A stretch of DNA of 64,000 bases from Candidatus Saccharimonadota bacterium (GCA_028289135.1 JAQGGW010000003.1:66015-130014); one strand, 5' to 3'; numbered from the stretch's first letter, positions 35,504 through 45,170 are shown. The notes: generated by a model not told the origin, from the sequence alone. Made by a program: numbers and translations.

Positions 35504-36085
35504 TTATTTACGAGTGGTTTTTTTGAGTTCCTGGGCAACTACTTTTGGCAGAACAAAAACCAGCAAAAGCGCGAAACCAAGTTCTCCCACCATTTGCCCA
35601 ACAAACATAAGGCCCAGTATGTGCAAGGCAGACATGAAGCCGATTATTGTGCCGATGAGCATAATTAACCCATAGCCAACGGTTTCGCGCGTGGGGCGCT
35701 TAAACAAAAGCCAGAATGCCAAAAGCAGCTCATAGCCAAACAACGCGATGCTAATGTTGTCGTGTATATCAGTAAAAATAACACCAAACCGGCGCGGGAA
35801 GGTTGTCACAAACACCGACAGCAACAATACACAAAGTATATTTAAGTAACGTGCCAAATGTTTAAACTTTCGGTCAAGTATTAGTAATGATTCGGATGCC
35901 AAGTAAAGATAGATAGAGTCACCCAAAAACGCAATCGCGAAAAATGGCGTCGTACTGTAGTGATTGCCATAATTACTAACGCCGCCGTTTTTAAAAACAA
36001 CACTCGAAGCGATAAAGCTGCATACTATGAGCCATACGAAGAGGTTGATCTGACTCAGCCACAGGTAACGCTTAAGCTTTTGCAT
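35504..36085 (-). CDS. Hypothetical polytopic membrane protein
   Basis: 193 aa, 5-6 hydrophobic helices. Confidence 0.5.
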   Translation of the reverse strand: MQKLKRYLWLSQINLFVWLIVCSFIASSVVFKNGGVSNYGNHYSTTPFFAIAFLGDSIYLYLASESLLILDRKFKHLARYLNILCVLLLSVFVTTFPRRFGVIFTDIHDNISIALFGYELLLAFWLLFKRPTRETVGYGLIMLIGTIIGFMSALHILGLMFVGQMVGELGFALLLVFVLPKVVAQELKKTTRK

Positions 36086-36194
36086 ATTAGTACAAACTAT
36101 AGCGGTTTAGCTGCGATTTTACTATTAATGTCTTTTAATTATTTTTACAATGCTTATGCTTGCTAATTAGCCTGGGCTGAAACACAATAAAAGT

Positions 36195-37304
36195 ATGACA
36201 AAACCCATCAATTACGCAGAGCTCGTCAGTTACGAGGATATGGATCCATTTAAAGTAAGCGCAACCCAAGCGGCTGCTTCAACGGCGGGCAATCTACAGC
36301 AACATGGCTACACAGAAGTGGGCGCAAGCCGGGGCGAATCAGCTTACGTATGGGATGAGGGCGACAAATACCGTGCAGGAGTTATTGAAGGCCTTGGCAC
36401 AAAGAATCTTGCTACCGATGAGGTGGACGCAGACAATCCGGATATGCCTTCGAAATATAAAGCTATAGCCCAGGACAGTATTGCAATGATCGTGAACGAC
36501 CTTATAGTTTGCGGTGCGATACCACAACTATTTTGGGTGCACTTAGCAGCGGGAGAATCAAAATGGTTTACGGACGCACGCAAAACCGATGCATTTAATA
36601 TGGGTTGTGCAGCAGTTTGCAATGAAATTGGTGTAACTTGGGCCGGCGGTGAGTCCCCAACGCTGCCTGACATAATTGTCCCTGGTGCCTCAGAAATATC
36701 TGGTTTTATGATGGGTGAAATTAATCCTAAGAGCCACTATGTTCCAGGAAATACACTAGAAGATGGTGACGCGGTTATCTTGGTAGAAAGCAGCGGTATC
36801 CATGCAAACGGCTTAACTTCAGCAAGGAAGCTTGCAGACAGATTATCGGACGGCTACCAAACAGTACTGCCTGACGGAACCACGTTTGGTGATGCTTTGT
36901 TACAACCAACAAACCTATATTCGAACATGGTACGTGGACTGCTCGAAAGAGGTGTTTCTTTGAAGCGTATGGAAAACATTACTGGTCATGGATGGCGTAA
37001 GCTCATGCGTGCACGCGAGTCATTTACGTACCGTATGCACGAGTTGCCTCCTGCCATGCCGCTATTCGACTTTTTACAGGCCCAGCTCCAGGTTGATAAA
37101 ACGGAAATGTTTGGCAACTATAACATGGGTGCTGGTTTTGCACTTTACACTCCACAAAGTGAAGTGTCGCAAGCTATTGATACGGCTGCGGAACACGGCT
37201 ATACGGCATGGCACGCGGGTAATGTTGAGGCAGGCCCAAAACAGGTAATTATTGAACCACTTAACGTCGTATTCTCGGCTGCTTCACTAGGCGTACGTTC
37301 GTAA
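36195..37304 (+). CDS. PurM-like (AIR synthase-related) protein, divergent
   Basis: Collinear divergent versions of PurM motifs: EGLGTK, VNDLIVCGA, GGESPTLPD, SSGIHANGLTSARK, NITGHGW, NYNMGAGFAL. Confidence 0.6.
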   Translation: MTKPINYAELVSYEDMDPFKVSATQAAASTAGNLQQHGYTEVGASRGESAYVWDEGDKYRAGVIEGLGTKNLATDEVDADNPDMPSKYKAIAQDSIAMIVNDLIVCGAIPQLFWVHLAAGESKWFTDARKTDAFNMGCAAVCNEIGVTWAGGESPTLPDIIVPGASEISGFMMGEINPKSHYVPGNTLEDGDAVILVESSGIHANGLTSARKLADRLSDGYQTVLPDGTTFGDALLQPTNLYSNMVRGLLERGVSLKRMENITGHGWRKLMRARESFTYRMHELPPAMPLFDFLQAQLQVDKTEMFGNYNMGAGFALYTPQSEVSQAIDTAAEHGYTAWHAGNVEAGPKQVIIEPLNVVFSAASLGVRS

Positions 37305-37321
37305 TAAGACTTAGGAAAGTT

Positions 37322-37330
37322 TGCTATACT
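37322..37330 (+). promoter_or_regulatory. Extended -10 TGcTATACT, 6 nt upstream of ATG 37337 (leaderless candidate)
   Basis: tgctatact gacatc ATG. Confidence 0.4.
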
Positions 37331-37336
37331 GACATC

Positions 37337-38281
37337 ATGCAAACAGATGAAAACGTTCAAGCCAAAGGCCTTTTAGATGTTGGTGACGGCCACCAGATTT
37401 ATTGGGAAGATTGGGGCAATCCAAAAGCCGCAGCCATTATGCACTTCCACGGCGGTCCGGGCGGCGGCTTTAATGATTCGCATAAGCTCCTTTTTAACCC
37501 TAAAAAGCACCGGGTTATTTTCTTTGACCAGCGCGGCTGCGGCAAAAGTACGCCTTTTGCCGAGACAAAAAACAACACTACCCAAAAGTTGATAGAAGAC
37601 ACCGAGAAGCTGCGCGAACATCTTAAAATTGAACAGATGTATATTGTTGGCGGATCGTGGGGTTCGACCATGGTGCTTGCCTATGCGATCGCCCACCCAG
37701 ACCGTGTAAAAAGCATGGTCGCTTGGGGGATCTATTTGGGCAGCCAGTTCGAAAACGATTTAATTAGCGCTGGATATTTTAGATATACTTACCCGGAAGC
37801 GTGGGAAAGATTTATCTCACTTGTCCCAAGAGAACATCAGACAGATGGCACTTCAATCACCAAATATTATGCGGGCAAGCTAAACTCTCCGGACAAAACA
37901 GAAGCTTCAAAACATGCTGATGAATGGTCTTTGTGGGAAACTTCAGTACTAACCCTTTCTTATGACAAAACAAAAATGGAACAGCAGACCCTGGGTGATA
38001 TAAACAATGTGCCAGTTGCCATGCTGGAAACGCATTATTTTTTGAACGGCTGTTTTATGCCTGAAAATTACATTTTGGACAATATAGAAAAAATTAAGCA
38101 CATACCGTTTTATGTCGTACAAGGACGTTTTGATAACTGTACGCCGCCAGTCACAGCGTATGAGCTGGGCAAAGTCTACGGAGAAAACATGACGCTTCAA
38201 ATGGTAAACGCCGGCCACAAACGTTCCGATCCTGAACTTCAGGCGGGGCTTCGTGCAGCTATAAATATTTCTTTTGTGTAA
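37337..38281 (+). CDS. pip: Proline iminopeptidase (S33 alpha/beta hydrolase)
   Basis: HGGPGGG and GGSWGSTM nucleophile elbow. Confidence 0.85.
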   Translation: MQTDENVQAKGLLDVGDGHQIYWEDWGNPKAAAIMHFHGGPGGGFNDSHKLLFNPKKHRVIFFDQRGCGKSTPFAETKNNTTQKLIEDTEKLREHLKIEQMYIVGGSWGSTMVLAYAIAHPDRVKSMVAWGIYLGSQFENDLISAGYFRYTYPEAWERFISLVPREHQTDGTSITKYYAGKLNSPDKTEASKHADEWSLWETSVLTLSYDKTKMEQQTLGDINNVPVAMLETHYFLNGCFMPENYILDNIEKIKHIPFYVVQGRFDNCTPPVTAYELGKVYGENMTLQMVNAGHKRSDPELQAGLRAAINISFV

Positions 38282-38338
38282 ATTTTATTAATATAGATCG
38301 TTATCAGCTTTGTCTCAGGACTGAGAGTATAATTGTAA

Positions 38339-38620
38339 GTGTCTGGAGGACACATGCAGTTAACAACTTTCGCACAATATTTTAACCACCCAATGATGCG
38401 CGGCCGCGAAAACGGTATGGGCGCAGGCGCGATGCTTTTTTCATTATTATTTTTAATTCTTATTGTTATGGGAATTATTTACCTGTTCCGTGGTCACGCG
38501 CATTCACATCACCACTTAAGAATGCACGAGCAAACACCCATTGATATAGCCAAAAAGCGCTACGCAGCCGGCGAAATAACCAAAGCAGAATTTGAGCAGA
38601 TTAAAAAAGACCTCGCTTAA
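38339..38620 (+). CDS. SHOCT-domain small membrane protein
   Basis: TM helix plus C-terminal ...AKKRYAAGEITKAEFEQIKKDL. Start uncertain (GTG 38339 or ATG 38354 after GGAGGA). Confidence 0.65.
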   Translation: MSGGHMQLTTFAQYFNHPMMRGRENGMGAGAMLFSLLFLILIVMGIIYLFRGHAHSHHHLRMHEQTPIDIAKKRYAAGEITKAEFEQIKKDLA

Positions 38621-38646
38621 ACTTTAACATTTAGCATTAGCAAAAA

Positions 38647-39156
38647 TCAGGCTGGGTCGCTGTTGTTGGTAGGATCGTTTGCGTGCTCCATGGCGTTTGC
38701 AAAGCTATCGCCCCAACCATATTCGGCCAATGAAACTGTTTCAATGTTTATAAAATAGGCAACGTATGGACCGGCGGCTATTTTGGCAATCGGCGGCACG
38801 TTGTCTTCTCCTGTTTGCCTGGCAGCACGTAAAGTTCCATGATAAATGGCCTGGGCAACGGCTTCGTCAGTTTCTTCGTGCGCTCTTCCCCTTACCTGCA
38901 CGGCCGTCTGGCTTTCGGCATCATAGGCCACCAAAATTACTTTGCTGTGCCGGCTAATATTTTCGTGCTTACGCGTATCCCTTTTTGTGGTAAAAGTAAT
39001 CCGCAGATCCTTTGTGCAAGAAAAAAATATTGTACTTGCGTCTGGTGCGCCAGTTTCGTCAACGGTCGCCAGAACGCCAACAGGATGTGAATCCAAAAAA
39101 TCAAAAATTTTGCTGATGTCTGGCTGGCTTACTTCGTTTAGTGCAGTGGCTTTCAT
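38647..39156 (-). CDS. Pyridoxamine 5'-phosphate oxidase-family (general stress protein 26-like) protein
   Basis: PNPOx-like split-barrel pattern (HPVGVLATVDETGAPDAS...). Start at ATG 39156 behind AGGAG. Confidence 0.65.
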   Translation of the reverse strand: MKATALNEVSQPDISKIFDFLDSHPVGVLATVDETGAPDASTIFFSCTKDLRITFTTKRDTRKHENISRHSKVILVAYDAESQTAVQVRGRAHEETDEAVAQAIYHGTLRAARQTGEDNVPPIAKIAAGPYVAYFINIETVSLAEYGWGDSFANAMEHANDPTNNSDPA

Positions 39157-39324
39157 ATGTATTTCTCCTATTACTATCCACATACTACTCTTTTAAAGGG
39201 AGCCATGCCAAAACACAGGGGTAAATTTTATTGGCAATTGCGGTCGTGTTTCTGCGGTAAGAAAACGTACAACATCGCAGTATTTTTGGGCGTATTATAC
39301 TTGTTGTTAAACAAGGATTTAGAA

Positions 39325-39471
39325 ATGTTATTAACCATTGCAATTATATTAGCGGTGCTTTGGCTGTTAGGCTTTATTACTCATATCGGCGGCGGGCTGA
39401 TTCATATTATTTTAGTTGTGGCGGTGATAGTTTTTGTATACCACCTCATTACCGGCCGTAAGGTTTCTTAA
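39325..39471 (+). CDS. lmo0937-family small membrane protein, 48 aa
   Basis: MLLTIAIILAVLWLLGFITHIGGGLIHIILVVAVIVFVYHLITGRKVS. AAGGA SD. The track's 104-aa ORF is an artefactual extension. Confidence 0.65.
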   Translation: MLLTIAIILAVLWLLGFITHIGGGLIHIILVVAVIVFVYHLITGRKVS

Positions 39472-39482
39472 AGGATATTCTT

Positions 39483-39893
39483 ATGACAACCTCAAAAATG
39501 CTCGGTTTTCTGATTATTTTAGTAATACTTGTTGGCGCTGTAGTTGCCTACTCAAAAAAACCAAAAAGCATTACAACGACAACAACTCCGACCTCGAGCA
39601 CCCAGACCCAAACGCCGGCTTCAAGTACATCGCCTGCTGGGGGTAACATAAAAATGACCAACATGATGTTTACGCCTTCACAAATTTCGGTTGCAAAAGG
39701 CGCCACCGTTACATGGACAAATGACGACACTGTCACACATACAGTCGTGGACGACTTAAGCAATGTTGGCGGTCCTGCAAGCGGCGACATTGCACCGGGC
39801 GCAACTTATAGTTTTACTTTTGAAAAAGCTGGTTCATTCCAGTATCACTGTAGTATCCACAGCTCGATGCGCGGCACTATTGTCGTAAAGTAA
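39483..39893 (+). CDS. Membrane-anchored cupredoxin (amicyanin/plastocyanin-like blue copper protein)
   Basis: N-terminal TM, T/S-rich linker, type-1 Cu ligands H...CSIHSSM (CxxHxxM). Confidence 0.8.
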   Translation: MTTSKMLGFLIILVILVGAVVAYSKKPKSITTTTTPTSSTQTQTPASSTSPAGGNIKMTNMMFTPSQISVAKGATVTWTNDDTVTHTVVDDLSNVGGPASGDIAPGATYSFTFEKAGSFQYHCSIHSSMRGTIVVK

Positions 39894-39898
39894 TCCTG

Positions 39899-41260
39899 CT
39901 AAGACAATTTTTTGTTGGAGATCCCGACGGCAGAAACCAGACCGCCAATTGCAAACAGTGCGGCCACAACTAAGATGCCTTTGTGAAAACTAGCAACGTT
40001 TAAAGTCGGGCCGATAATTACACCAAGAAAAGCAATCGAAACAAGGCCGGCAACCCGCGAGACAGCGTTGTTTATGGCCGATCCAATGCCAGATTGCTTT
40101 GAATTAATCGCGCCAAGGATTGCGGTTGTAAGAGGAGCGACCGTCAGCGAAAGCCCTAGTCCAAAAAGTAAAACACCCGGCAGAAGCTGGCTGGCATAGT
40201 GCACGTGCTGCTGGACGCGGAGCATGGTCAAAAATCCAAGCGACGCAAGCAGCGGGCCGGCAGTCATAAAAAACCGCGGCCCAAATTTGCCGGCCAGCGC
40301 GCCAAAACGGCCAGACAAAAAGAACATAATGATTGTAATCGGCATTAAAGACAAGCCAGCTTCAACCGCTGAAAATTTAGAGACTTGCTGCAAAAAGACG
40401 CTAATTAAAAATGTCGCGAGCGAAAGCCCGCCATAAATTGCCACAGTCGCAATATTGCCAACCGAAAAGTTGCGAACCGCAAACAGGCCAAGCGGCAGCA
40501 TCGGTTCTTTGGTGTTATTTTCGTGCCATAAAAACGCCAAGAATGACAATATGCCAACTATTAAAGGCGCAAGTATGCGCGGACTGCTCCACCCATAACG
40601 CGACTGCTCAATGAGCGCAAAAACCGGCCCGCCCAAGCCAACAATACCTAAGACTGCGCCAAGGCTGTCTATATTAACCTTGTTTTTGATAGCCTCGTGC
40701 GCCAATGAACGCATTAGCCAAAGCGTAATGGCAATCGGTAAAATGTTAATTGCAAAAATAAACCGCCACGACCCAGAGTCGACCAACAACCCGCCTAACA
40801 GCGGCCCTACAATAAACGAAATCCCTGTCCAGCCAGTCCACGTGCCAATCGCCTTGCCTTTGGCAGATCCTTCGAACGCCGACATAATGAGCGCCAAGGA
40901 ACTGGGCACAATCAGCGCGCCGGCAATCCCTTGCAGCCCGCGGGCAATAATCAAAAATAAACTGCTTGGCGCGACCGCGCACAACAACGAAGCCACACCA
41001 AACCCCACAAGGCCTGCCATCAAGATCTTTTTGCGCCCGAACAAATCAGAAAGTGAACCTGCCAGTAAAATTAGCGACCCTAAAGTAATTAAATAGGCAT
41101 CGACAATCCACTGTTGTGCCGCCAGCCCGCCGCCCAAGTCTTTAACAATTGCCGGCAACGCGACGTTGATGATTGAGCTGTCCAAAAAAGCCACAAATGA
41201 AGCTAAAATGCTAATTATTAACACCAGCCGCTGTTGTTTTGTCATGGTTAAAGTATACAA
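39899..41260 (-). CDS. MFS transporter, DHA2 (EmrB/QacA)-like
   Basis: 14-TM-type layout; N-terminus ...ASFVAFLDSSIINVALPAI. Confidence 0.8.
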   Translation of the reverse strand: MYTLTMTKQQRLVLIISILASFVAFLDSSIINVALPAIVKDLGGGLAAQQWIVDAYLITLGSLILLAGSLSDLFGRKKILMAGLVGFGVASLLCAVAPSSLFLIIARGLQGIAGALIVPSSLALIMSAFEGSAKGKAIGTWTGWTGISFIVGPLLGGLLVDSGSWRFIFAINILPIAITLWLMRSLAHEAIKNKVNIDSLGAVLGIVGLGGPVFALIEQSRYGWSSPRILAPLIVGILSFLAFLWHENNTKEPMLPLGLFAVRNFSVGNIATVAIYGGLSLATFLISVFLQQVSKFSAVEAGLSLMPITIIMFFLSGRFGALAGKFGPRFFMTAGPLLASLGFLTMLRVQQHVHYASQLLPGVLLFGLGLSLTVAPLTTAILGAINSKQSGIGSAINNAVSRVAGLVSIAFLGVIIGPTLNVASFHKGILVVAALFAIGGLVSAVGISNKKLS

Positions 41261-41319
41261 CTAAAGAAGTAAGTAATATTACTTAAAAAACTACCGAAAC
41301 AAAATATACTAAGTCCCAA

Positions 41320-41727
41320 ATGGAAAATAACACCGTACCCAAAATTGACATCCCGCTAGACAAAGGTGACGTCCCGCTTAACCAACCATTCCCTAAAGAA
41401 GTAAAAAACGCGCCTATCGTGGAGCTTGCGGAACAAGTTGGACAGGCCGCGGTCGACAGCTCTTTAGGGCTTACTAAACCGGAAGTTAAAAAAGCCGCTG
41501 AAGAACAGAAAGAAGTTAATAACAAACAAAAAGAAAGTAAAAAACGTAAAAAATCTGACTTGCTAGTTAAAATATTAATCATCACCGGGAGCTTTATAAT
41601 TTTAATTGGGCTATTTATATTGCTTTTGAGCGTATGGCTGGGAGTAATAATTATATTGCTAGGAACGGCTCCAATTTTATTCGCGGTTTTTGGACCGCTA
41701 CGCGCCCCAAAAAGATTACTTGCTTAA
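41320..41727 (+). CDS. Hypothetical protein with Lys-rich centre and C-terminal TM helices
   Basis: 135-aa ORF. Confidence 0.45.
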   Translation: MENNTVPKIDIPLDKGDVPLNQPFPKEVKNAPIVELAEQVGQAAVDSSLGLTKPEVKKAAEEQKEVNNKQKESKKRKKSDLLVKILIITGSFIILIGLFILLLSVWLGVIIILLGTAPILFAVFGPLRAPKRLLA

Positions 41728-41745
41728 GGTTTTTTGGCTCTGTAG

Positions 41746-41751
41746 TATTAT
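41746..41751 (+). promoter_or_regulatory. -10 box TATTAT, 6 nt upstream of ATG 41758 (leaderless candidate)
   Basis: gTATTATatatacATG. Confidence 0.35.
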
Positions 41752-41757
41752 ATATAC

Positions 41758-42246
41758 ATGAAGTTATGGCATAGACTGCGGCAAGGCGCATATTTTGTGG
41801 ATGTAGTTCTGCTTGTAGCTGCTGTAATTACAATTATTGGCTTGGCGACATTTGTACGCCTGCATACCACTAAAGCGCCCGACGATGCCGCAAAACAAAG
41901 TACAATGGCCATAAATACAGAGCACATGGACACGCTTAGCCTAGACAATGGCAGCGAAGCAATCGCAACCACTCCTTCATCAAGCGGCGTAGGTGCAAAC
42001 AGCCAAGTAGTTGGACCGGCAAGCTCTTCGGCATCTTCACAGCTCCAGTCCGCCATGACCGCCCCAGAAGCGTCTTCACCTGCCTCAGCCTGCGCGAAAA
42101 GCTGCGATGACACAAAGCTAACCGCCCCTGCGCCTAAAGTAGATACAAATCTCGTCACTGTCCAACCCGTTACCACTTGCGGCGGGCTTGCAGGCAAGGT
42201 AGTTAATAGTTTACTAAACGAACGGCCCGAATGCTTGCTTAACTAG
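41758..42246 (+). CDS. Hypothetical membrane-anchored Ser/Ala-rich protein
   Basis: N-terminal TM, low-complexity ectodomain. Confidence 0.45.
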   Translation: MKLWHRLRQGAYFVDVVLLVAAVITIIGLATFVRLHTTKAPDDAAKQSTMAINTEHMDTLSLDNGSEAIATTPSSSGVGANSQVVGPASSSASSQLQSAMTAPEASSPASACAKSCDDTKLTAPAPKVDTNLVTVQPVTTCGGLAGKVVNSLLNERPECLLN

Positions 42247-42294
42247 GCCGCAAACCTGGACATTTCACCTGATAAACCTTATGCTTAGAGGTAT

Positions 42295-42756
42295 ATGGGA
42301 ATAGAAATTGAAGGACTCACCGCACTACCAGCTACAATAGACCAGCTACCGCTTATTGCCCGACCTAGAGTAATTGTTGAAGGTGCTTCAGTTAATGTAG
42401 AAAATCACATGCGTGGTCGTGACATGCTTATGGGGATGGGTATAGACCCGAATTTAGGCGACCTGATAATTGGTGACCCAAACCCTGAATCTAAATGTGA
42501 GCGTGGTACCCTAGCCGAAGCTTTAGCAATGGGACATGGCGGCCTAGATAGTACATTTAAGGAAGCAGTAAGAGAGGCAGATGAAGAAGGTGTTAGCCGC
42601 GACGTTGCAGCTTTTAGAAGTGTCCGGGCTTTTGCGTCAAAAGTTAAAGATCCAGAAACAGGTGCAGAACAACTGCTAACGGTTGGCCCAGAACCCCGAG
42701 ACAACAGTCAAGACCCGAGCACACAAGAGAGTCTAAAAAAAAATAGCCCAGAATAA
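42295..42756 (+). CDS. Hypothetical protein
   Basis: 153-aa ORF. Confidence 0.45.
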   Translation: MGIEIEGLTALPATIDQLPLIARPRVIVEGASVNVENHMRGRDMLMGMGIDPNLGDLIIGDPNPESKCERGTLAEALAMGHGGLDSTFKEAVREADEEGVSRDVAAFRSVRAFASKVKDPETGAEQLLTVGPEPRDNSQDPSTQESLKKNSPE

Positions 42757-42823
42757 TAACCGAGAAAAAATTTCAACCCAAAAAGACTTAACACATGCAC
42801 TTTCGTTAAAAGAAGAAGTAGCC

Positions 42824-44236
42824 ATGACTCGCCACGCAGTTTTGCAAGAAACTAAAAAACAGAAGCCTGAATTATTACCAAAAATTGCGGCAGGAGTTAT
42901 TGAACAGGCTCTTAAGCCTAGTCATATACCCGATAGTGCGCCTTTAGTGATAATGCCAACTGAGTTCAAACATGACACAGCTGTTAAAAAGCAGCAAAGA
43001 CCGATGAGCAATGATAATATCCCTATTAAAAAAGTTTTTAAACCAAAAGTTCAAGAAGAAATAATATTTATTCAAGATAAAGATATACCAGTGGAAGCTA
43101 CGGTGCAAAATATAGTAAAAGAAGCAGCAAGTTTTAGTGAACTACCGATACTATCCGCCAAAGATATTGTTATTATTCCTGTTCACAATACCGAGTCTTT
43201 AATTGCAACACAAAATTCAGAAAAATTAATCGCAACGAAAAAAGATTTGGTTCCCCGATTGCTACAAGCAACATCAGAAGCTACAATGCCAATTCTTCAA
43301 AGCAAGACTATAGTGAAAGATATTGCTCTTCAAGCAACTGAAGCTCATACTATTAGCAAACCAGATTATACGCCTGAAGATATCTTTAAGGTTAATGAAG
43401 CAGAATTTGGCGAGGTTGTTGTGGCGCAAGAATTAATAGATGAAATCAACTCCGTAAATGCGCCAGCAATAATCAGGGAATTCACGGAAGTAGCAGACGA
43501 TGAAGTGCCAGAATCCATATTTGATGTTCTAACAGATGATGACATAGAAAACATCCTAAATGAAGTTGTCGTCGAATCTACAGATGACCCAAACATTGAA
43601 GCCGGGGTTGCCGAAGAATCAGTGTCAGTACAAGAACAGGAGATTGGAACAGAACCAGCTGTTGATGAACTGGAACAATTGCCAACTCCCACTGTCGAAT
43701 TCTTAGACTTTGTTAGCTTGTTGGATTTGCCGGATTTCCGAACTGAAGAAAACGCCGAATCTGTTGAAATCTTAAAAGAAATGGAAATTAGCCCTTTGCC
43801 GCCAGTATGCATAGAAGTGGTAAATGCTATTCATTTTCTTCAAGAAACCGATCCTGAAAGAGCGATGGCAGCCATTGAAACACTCCACAAGATGAGCCTT
43901 GCGATTGATAAAATAGTTGCACTGCGGCTAAATGGCAGCGAGCTTGCCCCAGATGCCGAGGAAAAACTGCAGGACTTATGCATACAACTGTTTACACAGC
44001 TAGGCTGGGCTCTTGAGCCAGAAAAAATAATGGAATTTATGCAGGGTATGATGCAGGCAAAACAAATAGCCCAGGTTATTTCAGACAGAAAAGCGCCGAT
44101 TACCGAACAAGGGACGCACGAGATTAAAGATGAGCACGACCCCATTTTTGGCGGCCTGATCCAAGAAATTGAGGACTACTTAACACGAGCGATCGGAACA
44201 CACGCTGTTCGTAATTACCAATTTGCACTCGCTTAA
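42824..44236 (+). CDS. Hypothetical acidic protein, 470 aa
   Basis: Long ORF, strongly acidic central region. Confidence 0.5.
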   Translation: MTRHAVLQETKKQKPELLPKIAAGVIEQALKPSHIPDSAPLVIMPTEFKHDTAVKKQQRPMSNDNIPIKKVFKPKVQEEIIFIQDKDIPVEATVQNIVKEAASFSELPILSAKDIVIIPVHNTESLIATQNSEKLIATKKDLVPRLLQATSEATMPILQSKTIVKDIALQATEAHTISKPDYTPEDIFKVNEAEFGEVVVAQELIDEINSVNAPAIIREFTEVADDEVPESIFDVLTDDDIENILNEVVVESTDDPNIEAGVAEESVSVQEQEIGTEPAVDELEQLPTPTVEFLDFVSLLDLPDFRTEENAESVEILKEMEISPLPPVCIEVVNAIHFLQETDPERAMAAIETLHKMSLAIDKIVALRLNGSELAPDAEEKLQDLCIQLFTQLGWALEPEKIMEFMQGMMQAKQIAQVISDRKAPITEQGTHEIKDEHDPIFGGLIQEIEDYLTRAIGTHAVRNYQFALA

Positions 44237-44679
44237 CTGCGGTGGAACAAAAAGTTAAGCCAAGCGTCAAAGTTTGACTGCGCCGATGAACCGCTAGCTT
44301 TGGCGGTTTCTTTAATGGTGTCGTCGGCCGATTTTGGTTTTGGCACGTCAATACTATGAGCCAGCGCTACTTCTTTGGGGATAATAAGCAATTTTTCGCC
44401 AGGGGCTGCTTTATTAAAATGTTTTCTGGCGGCAAGCTCCAGGTATTCGTTGGTGTTTAAATACTGGTTTTTAAGTTTAAGATTATTGTTAGACAACTGC
44501 TGTACGTCGTTGGCTTGCTGCATAGCTGATATTTGTTTTTGGAGGTCGTAGTTGCTTTGGACCACCTTAATGCTGCTCCAGGTTACCAAAAGCGCGATCA
44601 AACCAAAGGCTATCATGCCCAATGTCCGGATATCGCCGAACGATTTTAAGATTTGATTGTTTTTTATTTTATCTAACAT
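44233..44679 (-). CDS. ftsB: Septum formation initiator (FtsB/DivIC family)
   Basis: N-terminal TM, coiled coil, ...EYLELAARKHFNKAAPGEKLLIIP family signature. Confidence 0.75.
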   Translation of the reverse strand: MLDKIKNNQILKSFGDIRTLGMIAFGLIALLVTWSSIKVVQSNYDLQKQISAMQQANDVQQLSNNNLKLKNQYLNTNEYLELAARKHFNKAAPGEKLLIIPKEVALAHSIDVPKPKSADDTIKETAKASGSSAQSNFDAWLNFLFHRS

Positions 44680-44800
44680 GCAACTCCATTATATAACTTT
44701 TGGCGTAATCTGCTATACTCATCTCTGTTAAGCCTCGTTTTCTCCAGTTAATTAAACCAAGACGCTTGCGGCTGTTTGATTAACTGTAAGGAGGCGGCTT

Positions 44801-44859
44801 GGTAAGGTTACTGATGTTGCCGGTCAAACTTGTTTTGCCGGCGGCATAGTAACCTTACC
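44801..44859 (+). other. Long (22-bp) hairpin 15 nt upstream of tRNA-Ile2
   Basis: GGTAAGGTTACT-g-ATGTTGCCGG...CCGGCGGCAT-AGTAACCTTACC. Two U-G pairs fit the + strand. Confidence 0.5.
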
Positions 44860-44874
44860 GTTACACGCTGACGT

Positions 44875-44951
44875 GGGGGTATAGCTCAGTTGGTTAGAGC
44901 AGTCGGCTCATAACTGATTGGTCCTTGGTTCAAGTCCAAGTACCCCCACCA
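44875..44951 (+). tRNA. tRNA with CAU anticodon, probably tRNA-Ile2 (lysidine-modified)
   Basis: GGGGGTATAGCTCAGTTGGTTAGAGCAGTCGGCTCATAACTGATTGGTCCTTGGTTCAAGTCCAAGTACCCCCACCA. Resembles E. coli ileX more than metT. tilS is present in the window. Confidence 0.6.
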
Positions 44952-45048
44952 CAGGTTCATCATCGGATAAAAGCTTAAGTGTGATATATTACAGCCTAAT
45001 TTGCATGATTAGCACATACTGTTATTACTATTCATTAAGGAGACCGCG

Positions 45049-45150
45049 ATGAGTAAAATCAACTGGGCAAAGAAGGCAAAAGAAGAATTTGACGCCATGC
45101 CTGCGCAATATCAGATGGATTGGGAAGAACTTCGCAAACTTGTTTCTTAA
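45049..45150 (+). CDS. Micro-gene, 33 aa: MSKINWAKKAKEEFDAMPAQYQMDWEELRKLVS
   Basis: AAGGAG SD 6 nt upstream and a strong terminator 20 nt downstream. Below the track cutoff. Confidence 0.5.
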   Translation: MSKINWAKKAKEEFDAMPAQYQMDWEELRKLVS

Positions 45151-45170
45151 AAAATCATCAAGAACATAAC

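Noticed and set aside
44799-44849. 16-codon mini-ORF (TTG start after TAAGGAGG) inside the hairpin upstream of tRNA-Ile2
   Set aside because: The SD-to-start spacing is only about 4 nt, the start is non-ATG, and the sequence is fully explained by the hairpin arms.
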